64,000 bases of DNA from assembly GCF_036321535.1 (NCBI RefSeq), contig NC_087436.1, positions 103,232,001 to 103,296,000 on the forward strand, in the 5' to 3' direction. Positions 63,554 through 64,000 of this stretch are shown here, piece after piece (position 1 is the first letter of the stretch; each line of letters opens with the position of its first letter). A model generated the notes under the pieces. The model worked only from the letters and a program-made list of their open reading frames with translations. It was not told where the DNA came from and searched no databases. This DNA comes from Camelus dromedarius. Lineage: Eukaryota. Both the position numbers and the translations under genes were made by a program.

Positions 63554-64000
63554 GAAGGGATTTTTTATTTCATCTTTTTTTCAAGGTAGCTTATCTTATT
63601 TTTAACCCTCCACCTTTTAAGATATGGAATACCAGAAATCATGCCATAAGTACAATTATTCTTTGGGTTATTATTTTAAATAATATTAAAATTAAAAAGT
63701 GACATCGTTTCTTTAAATGTCTGAGTCTTAGTATTTTTGCAGCAGTTCTGGACGTCAGTCATTTGCATTTTAGGACCAGTTTATTTTTAATTCCCTAAAG
63801 GAGTATATCTCCAGGCATATCTTATCTTATAATAAAAGCCAATAAGGAAATCAATTTTAATACATAGAAATTTGATTTATAGGCAACTATTCAGAAACAT
63901 ATCTGTTCAGCAAAATGAGATATGCCTCTATGTCTGAATATGTAAGAACTTATCTAAATAGAAAAAAGAAATACATGTTTTTATATCCTGTCATTTAATT

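Noticed and set aside
1..64000. Prokaryote-style systems (CRISPR arrays, operons, defence islands), rRNA, numts
   Set aside because: The sequence is clearly mammalian repeat-rich DNA; I saw no regularly spaced repeats, long ORFs or mitochondrial similarity.

Overview
AT-rich mammalian intronic or intergenic DNA. It is most likely from a camelid, because three copies of a tRNA-derived SINE resemble the camelid Vic-1 family. I could not identify any intact protein-coding gene, and most ORFs in the supplied track lie inside decayed repeats. The window holds many repeats: L1 of several ages, L2, MIR, MaLR/ERVL LTRs, and hAT and Tigger DNA elements. Best-supported special features: (1) a 5'-inverted (twin-primed), tailless L1 with a perfect 15-bp TSD at 20591-22204; (2) a 43-nt tailless U5 snRNA retrocopy nested inside it, truncated in loop I and with its own TSD; (3) a decayed class I ERV with recognisable integrase and env remnants at about 47600-49830 (minus); (4) an L1 and a SINE inserted one after the other at the same target site (34003-34910); (5) a diverged duplicated ~100-bp module whose conserved blocks look like TF sites (25721-26174). 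Several minus-strand exon-like units hint at a spliced transcript, but this is unproven. I found no evidence for a genuinely new multi-gene system. Repeat family names come from recalled consensus sequences, not a database search, and boundaries of old repeats are approximate.
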